Shown here piece after piece: positions 34,901-47,554 of a stretch of DNA of 64,000 bases. The notes beneath the pieces were generated by a model. It saw only the letters and a program-made list of their open reading frames with translations, was not told the origin of the DNA and did not search any database. This DNA comes from Antechinus flavipes. Taxonomy: Eukaryota. Where the stretch lies: assembly GCF_016432865.1 (NCBI RefSeq), contig NC_067400.1, positions 623,968,001-624,032,000 on the forward strand, read 5' to 3'. Positions within the stretch are counted from its first letter, which is position 1, and every line of letters starts with the position of its first letter. The position numbers were made by a program, and so were the translations under genes.

Positions 34901-37900
34901 CTGCCCAGCTCACTGCCCAGCCCATTGCCCAACTCACTGCCCAGCCCATCACCCAGCCCACTGCCCAGCTCACTGCCCAGCCCACTGCCCAACTCACTGC
35001 CCAGCCCACCGCTCAGCCCACTGCCCAGCCCATCACCCAGCCCACTGCCCAGCCCACTGCCCAACTCACCATCCAGCCCACTGCCCAACTCACTGCCCAG
35101 CCCACTGCCCAGCCCATTGCCCAACTCACTGCCCAGCCCACTACCCTTAACTCAAGATGTTCCACTTTTTCTGTCCCTCTCTAGACTTTATTTTGGTGAT
35201 TTTAATGACCATCTCTCCGAGAACTCCTTGATCTGTATTTCCAGCCTCAGTCTCTTTCCCAAACACCAGCTCCACATCACCAACTGTGTGACCCTCAAAA
35301 AGTCACTTACCCTGCCTGCCTCAGTTTCCTCATCTATAAAATAACAATGGCCTCAATGGTCTCTGTGGTCCCTTCTACATTCTAAGAGACATTCTTCTGG
35401 CTCTCTCCTGCATCTTCCCCACGCTTCTCCCACGGCTTCCTCTACAACTGATCCAGTTCCAACATCTGCTGATCGCTTCTAGGATCACTCAGGAAGTCAA
35501 CTATCATTTATCCCTGAGTCACTGAGCTCCGAGACCAACTGCTGCCTTCCAGCCCCACTCTCCAAGACACCCTGGATGGCCCGGCCAAACGGGCACCCTG
35601 CCAGTCCTCACCCCAGCCCCTCGCTCTCCCGTTGCTTTGCCTTGGCCGGGGCTGTTCCTCGCGCCCAGACGGCGCTCCCTTCTCAGCCCTGCGTCTTAGA
35701 ACCCTCGGCTCCGTCCCTGTGGACGCTTCCCCACGAGTTCTCCCGCAGCGTATACCCTTGCCCGGATACTGAGCGTACAGGTCTGTGTATCCCTCATTGT
35801 ATAGAAATTATGCTGCCAGCTACTCATGTGCACGTCTGCGCATGGATGTACTTATCTGTAAATTACATGCATATGGCATGGGTTTGTATGTAGATCGGAA
35901 TCTACTTCCATATATGTGTTTATATGGATGTCTATTTACATGGTTACTATATTACTTATATTTGTATCGACTTTTGTGAACATTATGTATGCTCACGTGT
36001 ATATATGTATTTATTTGTACATCACATATATGCTCACTGACATGCATGTTGCTCGTTTGTAGCCCTGATGATATCGTGCTCATATGTTTATTTGATGTCC
36101 TTATATGGATATACCTGTAGGTTATATACATTTGTATGCACATGTGTGTATTTGTACATCCCATGTACTTTGTATGGATATAGCATGTCTACTTTATATG
36201 CACTCATGTATAGATCCAATTATTATGTCTATATTATGTCTACTAAAATGAATAGTGTATGTACTCCTGAGTAGCTCTAAGACATGTACATGTACTTATA
36301 TGTATATGTACGTTGTATGTGTGTATATATGTATATATATACTTAACACATAGATTCTATTATATTTATATCTACTTACATGTAGATTATATACATTTGT
36401 ATGCACATGTGTGTATTTGTACATGACATGTGCTTTATATGGATATAGCATGTTCACTCTACATACACTCGTGTATAGATCCCCATTGTTATGTATATAT
36501 TATGTCTACTAAAATGAATAGTGTATGTGCTCATGAATTGCTCTATTGATATGTACATATATATCTACTTACACATAGATTCTATTACTTATATTTATAT
36601 CTACTTACATGTAGATTATACACATTTGTATGCACATGTGTGTGCATTTGTACATGACATATACTTTATATGGATATAGTATATCCACTTTGCACTCATG
36701 TATAGATCCAATTGTTATGTATATATTATGTCTACTAAAATGAATAGTGTATGTGCTCATGAATTGCTCTAATGATATGTACACGTACATATATATACTT
36801 ACACATAGATTCTATTACTTATATTTATATCTAATTAAATATAGATCATATACATATGTATGTATATGTATTTGTACATCATATGTACTTTATATGCACT
36901 CAAGTTTAGATCCAATTATGTATATATTACATCTACTAAAATGAATAGTGTGTGTGCTCATGAGTAGCTCTGATATGTACACGTACTTATATGCATATAT
37001 ATATATATATACTTACATGTAGATTATATTAATTATATTTATATCTACTTACATATACATTTGTATGCACATGTGTGTATTTGTACATGACATGTACTTT
37101 ATATGGATATAGCATGTTCACTCTACATACACTCGTGTATAGATCCAATTGTTATGTATATATTATGTCTACTAAAATGAATAGTGTATGTGCTCATGAA
37201 TTGCTCTAATGATATGTACACGTACATATATATACTTACACATAGATTATATTACTTATATTTATATCTAATTAAATATAGAACATATACATATGTATGT
37301 ACATGTATATGTATTTGTACATCATATGTACTTTATATGCACTCAAGTTTAGATCCAATTATTATGTATATATTACGTCTACTAAAATGAATAGTGTGTG
37401 TGCTCATGAGTAGCTCTGATATGTACACGTACTTATATGCATACATATACTTACATGTAGATTATATTAATTATATTCATATCTACTTACATATACATTT
37501 GTATGCACATGTGTGTATTTGTACATGACATGTACTTTATATGGATATAGCATGTTCACTCTACATACACTCGTGTATAGATCCAATTGTTATGTATGTA
37601 TTATGTCTACTAAAATGAATAGTGTATGTGCTCATGAATTGCTCTAATGATATGTACACGTACATATATATACTTACACATAGATTATATTACTTATATT
37701 TATATCTAATTAAATATAGAACATATACATATGTATGTACATGTATATGTATTTGTACATCATATGTACTTTATATGCACTCAAGTTTAGATCCAATTAT
37801 TATGTATATATTACGTCTACTAAAATGAATAGTGTGTGTGCTCATGAGTAGCTCTGATATGTACACGTACTTATATGCATACATATACTTACATGTAGAT

Positions 37901-40900
37901 TATATTAATTATATTCATATCTACTTACATATACATTTGTATGCACATGTGTGTATTTGTACATGACATGTACTTTATATGGATATAGCATGTCCACTCT
38001 ACATACACTTGTGTATAGATCCAATTGTTATGTATGTATTATGTCTACTAAAATGAATAGTGTATGTGCTCTGATGTAGCTCTGATATGTACATGTACTT
38101 ATATGCATAGATATACTTACATGTAGATTATATTAATTATATTTATATCTAATTGAATATAGATCATATACATATGTATGTACATGTATGGATTTGTACA
38201 TCATATGTACTTTATGTGCACTCATGTATAGATCCAATTATTATGTATTTGTACATCATATGTACTTTATGTGCACTCAAGTTTAGATCCAATTATTATG
38301 TATATATTACGTCTACTAAAATGAATAGTGTATGCGCTCATGAGTAGCTCTGATATGTACACGTGCTTATATGCATATATAGTTACACGTGGATTCTATT
38401 ACTTATATGCATATCTACTTACATGTAAATTATATACATTTGTACGAACATGTGTGTGTTTGTACATGACATGTACTTTATATGGATATAGCACGTCCAC
38501 TTTACATACACTCGTGTTAGATTTGTTATGTATATATTACGTCTACTAAGATGAATAGGGTATGTGCTCATGAGTAGCTCTACTGATATGTACGCGTACT
38601 TCTATAGCAGCTCCGTCGATGAGTGCACACACTTATATGGATAGCTGATTCAGCCTTTTCAGCGGGGTTTGGACTCCTCGGCCCATTCAGTAACTGCCTC
38701 TCTCAGAGCTGTCCTACTGCTGATCCCCGGAGCCTTTCCCTGCCGTTGCCAGCCTCCCACAGCCTTCTCCACGGTCCTGCCTTCCTCCTCCCTGGGCCTC
38801 CCCCTTCCGCTCCCCCCGACTCTGGTCCCACTGGGAAAGGCCTCAGGGCCATTGCCCCTGGCCTGAGGGGTCTGAAGGGCGGTTCAAGGCAGAAGAGGTC
38901 ACTCCAGTTCTTCTCAACCCTTGGGGCAGAACGAGAAAGACTGGAAGGGAAAGTGAGGAGGGGGCGGCCGACTAGGAAAGGAAAGTGTGAGATGCTGCCG
39001 GCGGGTGCGTGCCTGGGAGACTGCGCTCTAAAGAGAAGCCGGCCTCCGGGACTTCCGGGTCCGTTCCAGCTCCGGAATAGCCTGGGGGGAAACGAGGCCG
39101 AAGGGCTTTCCCACCACGGGAGAGCGTCTCGCCGAACGTCGGCACAGGGGTGGGGCGGGGGAGATCCCGGGCCTCTCTAAGACCCCGGAGCCGGCGAGGT
39201 GAGGGTAGCCGCGGTCACCCCCCCAGTCCCCGCTCACCTTTGATCTGCTCGCTGCTCCCCGGTGGTGGGCCCAAATCCAGGAAGAGCCGAGGCATCTCGG
39301 GGCCCTTCCTCCCCAGATGGGGGGGCTCCCCGTCTCCGCCGGTTCCCGCGGCGCCGTCTGCCAGGGCGCCTGGGTCCCCGGCGTCTCCCGCGGGTGCCGG
39401 GCCCTCCCGGGCCGGGGGAAGCGCTAGCTCCGGCCTCCGCAGCTCCGGCCTCGTCTCGCCGGGGGGCGCGGCTCCTGCGTCCCCGCCGCCTCCGGGTCCT
39501 GCGTCTGGGGCCTTCCCTTGGCCCCCCAGAGCTTGGAGCCCATTCTCGGGGCCCAGCCTCCCAGGCTCTGGCGGGACTCTCCTCCCGCTCCCTCGAGCCT
39601 GCCCTCCACTCCTGGGGACTGGCTCGCCGCTCCCCGGGCTCCTGGCCGGGCTCCCCAAACTGGGGGTGTTCTCCCTGCTCCCTGGGACTTGCTGCTCCCC
39701 ATTCTGCAGACATCTCTCCCCATTCCCTAGGACTCTCTCCTCCTGGATCCCGGGGGCTGGATCCCCACCCTCGGGGGTTTTCCTCCCATTCCCTGGGGGT
39801 CTCTGCCCCCCATTCTCTGACACTTTCTCCCTGCGCCCTGGGGACCTCTGGTCCCCATTCTCTGGCGCTTTCTCCGAGCTCCCTGGGGGCGTCTGGCCCC
39901 CGTTCTCCACTGCCGTCTCTCTGCTTCCCGGGGGCGTCTGCCCCCCGTTCTCCACTGCCGTCTCTCGGCTTCCCGGGGGTGTCCGCCCCCCGTTCTGCAC
40001 TAGTGTCGCTCTGCTTCCCGGGGGCGTCTGCCCCCCGTTCTCCAGGAGCTTCTCCTGGCTCCCCGGGGGCCTCTGGCCGCCGTTCTCCACTTTCTCCCTG
40101 CTCGGCGGGGACGCGGGCTCCCCGTTCTCCGCCACTTTCTCCCTGTTCCCTGGGGCTGCCCTTCCGGGCGGGCCCAGGACTTTCTCCCGATTTCCGGGGG
40201 CTGCCTGGTCTACATTCTGGGGGCCCTGCGGGGTCCTCCCTGCCTTTGGGGCTGCCCTCTCTCCCAGCACGTTGCGGGTCACGTCTTCCCTCAAGGACAG
40301 CAGGAGCTGCTCTGTGCTCACCTGCACCAGGAAGCCTGGGAGAGGGCCCGGGTCGGGGGGTGGCCTGGGGGCTCCCGGGTCGGGCGGCTCGGGGGGAGCC
40401 CGTGGCCGAGGGACCCCCTCCTCCTCGGCTGCCCCCCCACCTGGGAACGCCCCCTCGGGGGAGAAGGGGGTCTCCGTCTCGTAGCCGCTGTCCCCCGGCT
40501 TGGGGCCCGGAGACGAGAGCCCGGATCCTGGGCTGCCAAGTCCCGAGGGGGCATCGGGTGATTCGGCTGGGTCTGGGAGAGCCCGGGCGGGAGGAGGGGG
40601 CAGGGCGGGAGGTGGCGGCGGCGGCAGGGGAGGGGGGGCCGGGGGGGGCCCCCGCCCGGGGTACTGGGGCGCCGCCGCCCCCATCAGGGGGTCCAGAAAC
40701 TCGGGGGGGGCCGAAGAGGGGGGGGGCAAGGGGAGGTCAGTTAATGACCCCCGCTCAGCCCTGAGCGAGGAGTCGTCCTCGGGGGGGTTGGGGCAGCCCA
40801 GGGCCGGGTGGCCGCCCCAGCCGGACACCATCTCCCCGCGCTGGAGGGGGAGGCAGGAGCAGGGCCCCTGGTGGCTGCAGAGAGGGCAGGGGAGAGGGCC

Positions 40901-43900
40901 TCGGCGGCTGCGGCGCCCCCCGCTGCTGCTCCCCTCTCCCAGGGAGCTCTCTTCTCCTTCCTCCTCCTCCTCCTCCTCCCCCCAGGGCGCTGCGCCTCGC
41001 TCCCCCAGCACCTCGGCGGGGTCCCCCGCCAGGGTCTCCCCCGCCCCCCGGCCCTCGGGGTCCCACCCGCTGAGCAGGAAGCCGCCCGACGCCTTTGGGG
41101 GGAAGGAGCGGGCCGGGGGGAACAGCGGGGAGGCCCAGGTCTCCGCCACGAGCTGCGGGACCTCGGCGGGGGCCGGGTTGGTCTGCGGGGCCGCGCCGCC
41201 CGGGTCCAAGGGGTCCCAGTCATTGGGGAAGAGGGGCTCCGGGGGGGAGCCGTGATCCTCCAGGCGGATGTAGTACTCGCTGCCCACCGACGGGCTGCGG
41301 GCGCTAATGACCGGGAGGACGCTGGGGGTCGCCAGAGCCTCGTAGAAAGGGTTCGAGGGCACGGCCTGGGGAGCGGGGGGAGCGGAGGCCGGCTGCCAGG
41401 GGGCCGAGCCGCCCGCCCCGCCGCGGCCGGCCCCCCGCCGCGCCTTCTCCCACAGGCACTCGAGGTTGAGGCCGCGGCTGCTCTCGGTGACGGTGAGGAC
41501 GTCGTCGGGATCGGAGCCCGGAAAGCCATCGAGCAGGGGGAAGGGGGAGGAGAGGGCGCTGGGCCTGGGCGGGGCGGGGGGGGCCGGCCAGGGCCAGGGG
41601 AAGGGCGCGTCCCGGGGCGGGGGAGGCGGCGGAGGGGGCGGAGGTCTGGGGGGCCGCTCAGAGAGAAGGTAGGTGAGCTGCAGCTGCAAGTCAGAGGCCG
41701 AGGGCCGCTGGGCGGGGGGGCGCCAGCAAGACTGGAGGACATCATACCTGGGAAGGGGCCAGTGGAGACCCGGGGAGGCGGGAGACGGAAGCAGAGCCAG
41801 AGAAAGAAACCGGGGAGACCCAGGCAGAGCCAGAGAGATGAGCGGGTCAGAGAGGGAAACCGAGGCAGAGCCAGAGAGATGAGCGGGTCAGAGAGGGAAA
41901 CCGAGGCAGAGCCAGAGAGATGAGCGGGTCAGAGAGAGACACGGGAAAACGGAGGCAGAGCCAGAGAGGCTCTGGGTCAAGAAAGGGGAACTGGGGAAAC
42001 CGAGGCAGAGCCAGAGAGGAGCGGGTCAGAGAGGGGACTCAGGGAAACTGAGGCAGAGCCAGAGAGGCTCGAGGCCAGAGAGGGGGCCCGAGAATCGGAG
42101 AGAGGGAGGGCCAAAGGAAGAAGGGAGGGGTCGACAGAGGAGGCGGGTCTCCTCGGATCAGAGACCAAGCAGAGAGAGCCCTGGGCTTCCTCAGTCCCGG
42201 ACCGGGGCTGAGTCCTCTGCCCGCTGCGCCCGCCCCCTTCTCCCCCTCCGTGGCAGGCAGGGCTGGGCTCCCCGGGCTCTGAGCCCCACTCACCAATAGT
42301 CCCCATAGGGCAGCTTCAGCCTGGGCCGGGCCAGCTTGACGTGCTGCTGCCGGATCACGAAAGCCAGCACCTCCTCATCGGAGAGGTGGCGGTAGGGCTG
42401 CGCCCCGAATTCGAACAGCTCCCACAGCGTCACCCCCAGAGACCTGGGGGGAGGGGCGGAGGCCAAGGTCAGCGGGCCCCCGCGGGCCCCCGGGTGCCCC
42501 CTCCCGTCCTGCCCCCGGCTCCGCCGGCCCCGCTCACCAGACATTGCTCTCTTTGCTCTGGTCCACCACCATGAAGGTCCCGTGGATCTCCCCCAGAAGC
42601 TCGGGGGCAGCCCATCTCAACGGGATCCACAAGCGTTCGGGGGTCAGGTAATAATCTTCCTGGAGAGGGAAGAGGAGGGGGATTTCCTACGCGGCAAGGG
42701 AGCTTCGAGAACACCAAGCCCAAGTCTCCCATTTCCCAGGGCAGCAAGCCGAGTCCCTGGACAGCAAGCCGAGAGTCCCGGGGCAGCAAGCCGAGTTCCG
42801 GGACAGCAAGCCGAGTCCCGGGGCAGCAAGCCGAGAGTCCCGGGGCGGCAAGCCGAGTCCCGGGACAGCAAGCCGAGTCCCGGGGCAGCAAGCCGGGTCC
42901 CAGAGCCCAGCCCCTGCCCAAGGTCGCAGGAATAGTAGCAGCAAGTGTCAGTCAACCAGCATTTATTAGTCTCTTATTATGTACCAAGCACCGTGCAAAG
43001 AACCAAGACCCCAAATCAGGGATCCGATGAGGCCGTCCGGGCTCCCCCAAACCCTCCTGCCCACACACCTTGTAATTGCTGTGAGAGAGACCATAGTCCC
43101 CAATTCGCACCGTGAGGTCGGAAGTCACAAGGCAGTTCCTCAGAGCCAGGTCACTGCGCGAAGGGGAAGGGAAAAAAGAACGAGATCGCCTCTCCCCTCT
43201 TCTTCTTCCCATCCCCCTAATCTTCTTCCCATCCCCCCTTGCAGCTCCCCCCCCCCCCAAATCTTTGAAAGCTCCGCGGAGCAAGATTCCAGGTCAGCGG
43301 AGGCACCAGATACAGGGACCAGTCCAAGGTCACACGGTTATCATCCCGCCTCGCATCCCCTCCCGCTCCTCCGCCCCCTTTCCCCTAACCACTCCTTTCA
43401 TTGCCCCCTCCTTCTCTCCCCACCCCGTTTTCCCCGATCTCCCATCCGCCCCTCCCATTCCGCTCCCCTCACCTGTGCACATAGTTGTGGGCGTGCAGGT
43501 GGGCCAGGCCTCGGGCGATCTCCAAGCCCATTCGCTGCAGGGTGCGCAGGTCTCTGGGAGGCAGCTCCGGGGAGAGGCCCTCGGGGGGCCTCTGGGCCCT
43601 CAGGTAGCGCTTCAGATCTCCCTGGGGAATAGGGCAAGGGGGCAGGGTCGGCAGGGCTCCCTCGGCTCCCAGACCCACCCAATCAGGGCTGGACGCCAGC
43701 ATCCCGGGAGCCAGCGCCCCGCCCCCCTCCCCAGGCAGCCCATCCCACTCTCCCCGCTCCTTTCTTTTGAAGCCGGCCGCCCACTCTCCCGCCTCCTCGG
43801 GACCCCCGGCCAGCTCCGTCCCGAGAAGGGGGCCGCCCTCGCTCGCCACCCCAGGGACCCTCGAGGGGCCTGCCTCGAGGCAGGCGCGGGAGGGACCCAC

Positions 43901-46853
43901 CAGCTGGCAGAACTCCATGATGAGAAGGAAGGGCAGGGTCTCGGCGCAGAGCCCCAGGCACTGGAGAACATTGGGGTGATGCAGGCTCCTGCGGGACAGA
44001 CCGCGGGTCAGGGGCAGCTCCCAGAATCCCGGCCCCTTGTACCCTCCCGTCCCACATCCGGGGCTCCAGGCCGGAGGCTTGCCGGGGTCCTAGCTCCCAT
44101 CCCTCGGCCCAGATCCAAATGTCCCGCTCTGACCGCAGCCGGCCCCGGCTCCCCGGGGCCCCTCCAAAGCAAGCCCTGCCCCCGCCTTAGCATCCGGGTC
44201 ACTCCAAGGAGCCGAGTCTGGCCCCTCTCCCTGCCTCACCTGTAAGGCTGAGCCTCGGAAAGGAACTTTCTCTGCTCCAGGGGGCCAGCGCTGACCCTCA
44301 GCTCCTTTACCACCACCTGGGCCGGGCTGAAATCTGAGAAGATCTCCCCTAGAATGACCTGGGGGGGAGGGAGGCAGCCATCACCTAGGTTCCCTTCCCC
44401 CTCCCCCCCATTCAACCCCTCTCTTTCAAGGGGCCCATGTTCCATGCCATCCCCGTAGTGGGCACGTAATGGGCGTTGGAGGTTTAGACTGCTTGATGGC
44501 CCCCCCTTCCCACCTCCCAGCCAAACACTCACGAGCAGAGAGGCAGATGGACGGAGGGACTGATGGAGAGATGGGTACACGGACGAGTGGACAGCTGGGC
44601 GGCGAGACAGAGCAGCCGATGGAGGGATGGAGGGAGGCGCTGACGGAGGGATGAGGCATGGAGGGGGGATGAGTGGAAGGAAAGGGGAAGAACAGAAGGA
44701 AGCTGGGCCCTAGCTTGGAAGGTGGGGACAGAGACAGCTGGGAGCAGTGGACAAGGTCCTGGGTCAGGAGGCAGGAGAGGGGCAAATCCCGGAACCTCTC
44801 CGGCCTCAGTTTCTCTTTTATTAACTCGAGGGGCTGGATTGAGCGGCTTTCTGCCGTCTAGGCGGATAGAGATGGGGAAGTGAGTGGAAATCAGGGGTTG
44901 TGGAGAGATGGGACGCAGGGGTGGAGGGAGGTGGAGGAGCGCGCAGAACAGAGATGGTAAGGAGTGAGAGGCGGGATGACAAGAGGCGGGATGGCGAGGC
45001 CGCCGCTGGGCCAAGGAGGTGAGCGGAGGGGGCTCGGGCCCCCCACCCCAGCCCTCGCGGCCCCACTCACTTTCCCGAACCAGCCGCTGCCGATCTCCTG
45101 CAGGTAGCTGAGGTGCTGCCGGCTCAGGCCCAGAGGGGTGCCCAGGTCTGGGGGAAAGGCAGGGAATGAGGGGCCCGGACACCCCCGGGCTTCCCTACCT
45201 ACCTCCCGTCCCGGCACAAGGAGCCTGCCCGTTCCAGGCCTCCTCTGCAGGCCCCTCCCCTCCAACCTCCCACCCGTGACCAAGCCCTGCCAGCCGCCCC
45301 TTCAGCCTCCTGCCCCTCCGCCCTGACGGTTACCTGACCGGGCGGGCTGGGGGGCCGGCATGGGCAGGGAGACCTCGGCCAGGGGCAGGATGTAGACATC
45401 GGGCAGTGACTGGGAGGAGGACGTCTCCTCCGCGGGGGGCGTGTACTCTCCCGAGCACTCCTCTCCCTCTGGGTTCTCAAACTCCTGGGTCCGAGCACAG
45501 AGGGCAGAGGTGAGCGGGCCGTGACCCCGGGCTGCCCCCCGGGGGCGCTCCCACCCTTGTCCAGGGGGAGCGACCTTCGGCGGCTCCCAGGTCCCCAAGG
45601 AAGGGCCAAGGGGAAGGGCAGGGGGCCTCCCCACCCCCCTTCACCTTGAAGCCAACATCCCCCCGTTTGCAGCAGAGACAGGTGAGGAGGAGGAAGACAA
45701 AGGCCAAGAGTCCAGAGCAGGAGATGAGGACCACGGCGTAGGGGGGAGCCAAGGGACCCTGGCCTGGGAACAGTCCATCTGGGATGGAGGGAGGAGAGGA
45801 GGAAGGAAAAGGTAAGACCCAGAGCTCCCTCTCCCCTGAGGGGAGTGGGGAAGGAGGGCCCCTCTTCTCACTGGTGCCGCCCCCCCCCCAGCTGCTGCCC
45901 AGATAAAACTACAACTCCCATGCTCCAGTGGAACCAGGGCCCTTCAGCAGAACAGCCAGGACATTGTGGGAGCTGGGGTCTGGGGTCTCATCAGGTGGCA
46001 GGGTGCAGAGATAGCGCCCCAACTGGATCACTGGGCTAGGGGGCCCCCCTGCTCCCCCATCCCCGACACACCGCCTCTTCTGCTGAAGCTGGCGTGTTCT
46101 GGGGGAGGGGAGCAGTGGGGGAGGGGTCGAGGCTAGCCCCCTGGAACCTCTGACCCTGTCCCCTTCATCTTGTGCGTGCTTTCCCACCCTCCCAGCCGGT
46201 GCCTATCTGAGACTACGACTCCCATGGTGCCATGGGGCCAGTAACCATTCAACAGAACCTATGTAAGGCAGAGGGCATCATGGGAATTGTAGTTTGGGGC
46301 CTCCCCAGGTGGCTGGGTTGGGGGGCAGCGCTGAGGGGGGAGGGGGCACTCATCTTCATTCAGGTTCCCCATCCCGGGCCCCAGGTCCCATCCTCCCTAA
46401 GACCCTAGTCTAGCGTTCATTTGTGCCGGGGCAGGGAAGAGGGGACCGATGGGGAAAGGAAAGAGGGGAGCAGGGTAGGCCCATCTCCGTCCAAATTGAG
46501 ACATCCCCAACCCGGGTCCTGGCCCTGGCCCGAGAAGGCCTCTCCGCCGGGAGGGCTGGGCTGGCCGCTTTCTGTGTCCTCGGAATTCTCTGGAAGGCCC
46601 CCACCTTGAGCCCTCCCAAAGGCTGGGGCCCCCACCCCACCCCCACCCCCAGGCTCTGCCCGCACACCCCAGGCCCCTGGCTCCGAGACAAACAGGTGAG
46701 GGAGAAGGAGCTGGGGATGAACGGTGGGGTGGAGACAAATAGATCGATGGGGAAGGGGCCGGGGGGCAGCCGAGCGGACTCACCGGGGTGGGCCGGGGTG
46801 GCCAGGCAGGAAGCAGAGAGAGCCAGGAGAACGAGGGGGCTGGGGGAAGGCAT
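28970..46853 (-). CDS. LMTK3: Lemur tyrosine kinase 3 (15 coding exons)
   Basis: Exons in transcript order: 46853-46784, 45778-45645, 45484-45334, 45147-45071, 44358-44240, 43988-43901, 43621-43473, 43153-43069, 42659-42538, 42443-42294, 41747-39238, 30742-30330, 30010-29881, 29724-29584, 28986-28970. Signal peptide, TM segment, kinase motifs [21 protein letters not shown]1-binding KMVSF, ends GPVEN-stop. Phases are consistent. Confidence 0.97.
31070..31580. mobile_element. Degraded MIR/L2-type fragments in LMTK3 intron 11
   Basis: CCCGTTTTACAGATGTGACTG; CCTGGGCAAGTCAC...CTCAGCTTCCCTCTC; GTGCTTAATAAATGCTTG. Confidence 0.5.
31642..35146. repeat. 12-bp tandem array (~290 units) in LMTK3 intron 11
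   Basis: ACTGCCCAGCCC, ACTGCCCAACTC, ACTGCCCAGCTC, ATCACCCAGCCC variants in register. Confidence 0.97.
35800..38620. repeat. AT-rich ~200-270-bp tandem array with a 438-bp dimeric higher-order repeat
   Basis: Marker ACTAAAATGAATAG at about 36242, 36508, 36734, 36935, 37171, 37381, 37609, 37819, 38047, 38315, 38545. Confidence 0.93.
41765..42085. repeat. ~41-bp tandem repeat in LMTK3 intron 10
   Basis: GGAAACCGAGGCAGAGCCAGAGAGATGAGCGGGTCAGAGA units. Confidence 0.85.
42735..42900. repeat. 20-22-bp tandem repeat in LMTK3 intron 8
   Basis: GGCAGCAAGCCGAG(AG)TCCCGG units. Confidence 0.85.
45908..46293. promoter_or_regulatory. Three ACTACA-type (ZNF143/THAP11) motifs in LMTK3 intron 1
   Basis: ACTACAACTCCCA 45908-45920, ACTACGACTCCCA 46212-46224, reverse ACTACAATTCCCA 46281-46293. 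Confidence 0.55.
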
Positions 46854-47294
46854 CTTGTCTAAGATGGAAGGGAGGAGGAGGAGGAGGTGGTGGTGGCTGG
46901 GGAGGGAGGGGGGTCCCCGGAGCTCTGGGGAGGGAGGAAGGGGAGGGGGGGAGACGGGTCCCTCAGCCCCCAGCCATGGGGACTCAAGCGTCCCTGGCCT
47001 CCCCCTGGCCCAGGGGAGGGGGACAGGAGGGACCGGACTGGGGGAGGGAGGGCTCGATGGATGGGCCCAGGCCGCCACAGGCCCCCCCTCTCTGTAGGGA
47101 CAGCCGGATGAGGGGGAGGGAGAAGACCTACGGAGGAGAGGAGCCAGGGAGCTGGGGGGAGAGAGGGTGGGATTGTGGGGGGGTGGGGGGGCAGATGGAC
47201 GGGGGCCCCGCCCCCGACAGCAGCCCGGATTGGGGAAGCTGAGAGCCCGTCAGGAGGAGGGGAGGAGGCGGGAGGATGGAGGGAGGATAGAGGA

Positions 47295-47332
47295 GTTGTC
47301 ATGGCAACCAGCTCCGGGGTAGCATCAGCAAC
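47295..47332. promoter_or_regulatory. RFX X-box pair upstream of LMTK3
   Basis: GTTGTCATGGCAAC at 47295-47308 (one mismatch to GTTGCCATGGCAAC) and a weaker GTAGCATCAGCAAC at 47319-47332. Confidence 0.6.
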
Positions 47333-47554
47333 CAGGGCGGGGAGGGGCCTGAGGAAGGAGGGGAAGAGAATGATAGATACAGAAGAGAGGGAGATGCAGA
47401 TACACACACCTCTCCAATACACATCCCTGCGCACAGCAGCCGCCCAGGAGCGCGCCCAGGCCCCTGCACTCGGGTACACTCCCCCCGGGCACACAGCCGG
47501 GGTACAGACATGCCCAAGCACACGCTGCAGTCTCCCCCTTCCCTCCCGGTCTCT

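Noticed and set aside
31548-35150. Mucin-like TAQP/TAQL, Pro/Ser and CPAH-repeat ORFs (up to 872 aa)
   Set aside because: They come from the 12-bp array in LMTK3 intron 11; all frames are open and there is no splice or domain support.
35785-38549. Repeated Tyr/Ile/Cys-rich small ORFs ([10 protein letters not shown]...)
   Set aside because: Copies of the AT-rich satellite monomer; useful only as evidence of the 438-bp period.
40310-40330. Strong donor-like CAG|GTGAGC inside LMTK3 exon 11
   Set aside because: It is phase 0 while the next exon starts in phase 1, and it encodes the conserved VQVSTEQ; no evidence of use.
46854-47078. In-frame upstream ATG giving a 75-aa N-terminal extension of LMTK3
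   Set aside because: Only the last few residues (PSILDK) resemble the human longer isoform; open frames are expected at this GC content and an extension would bury the signal peptide. Unsupported without transcript data.
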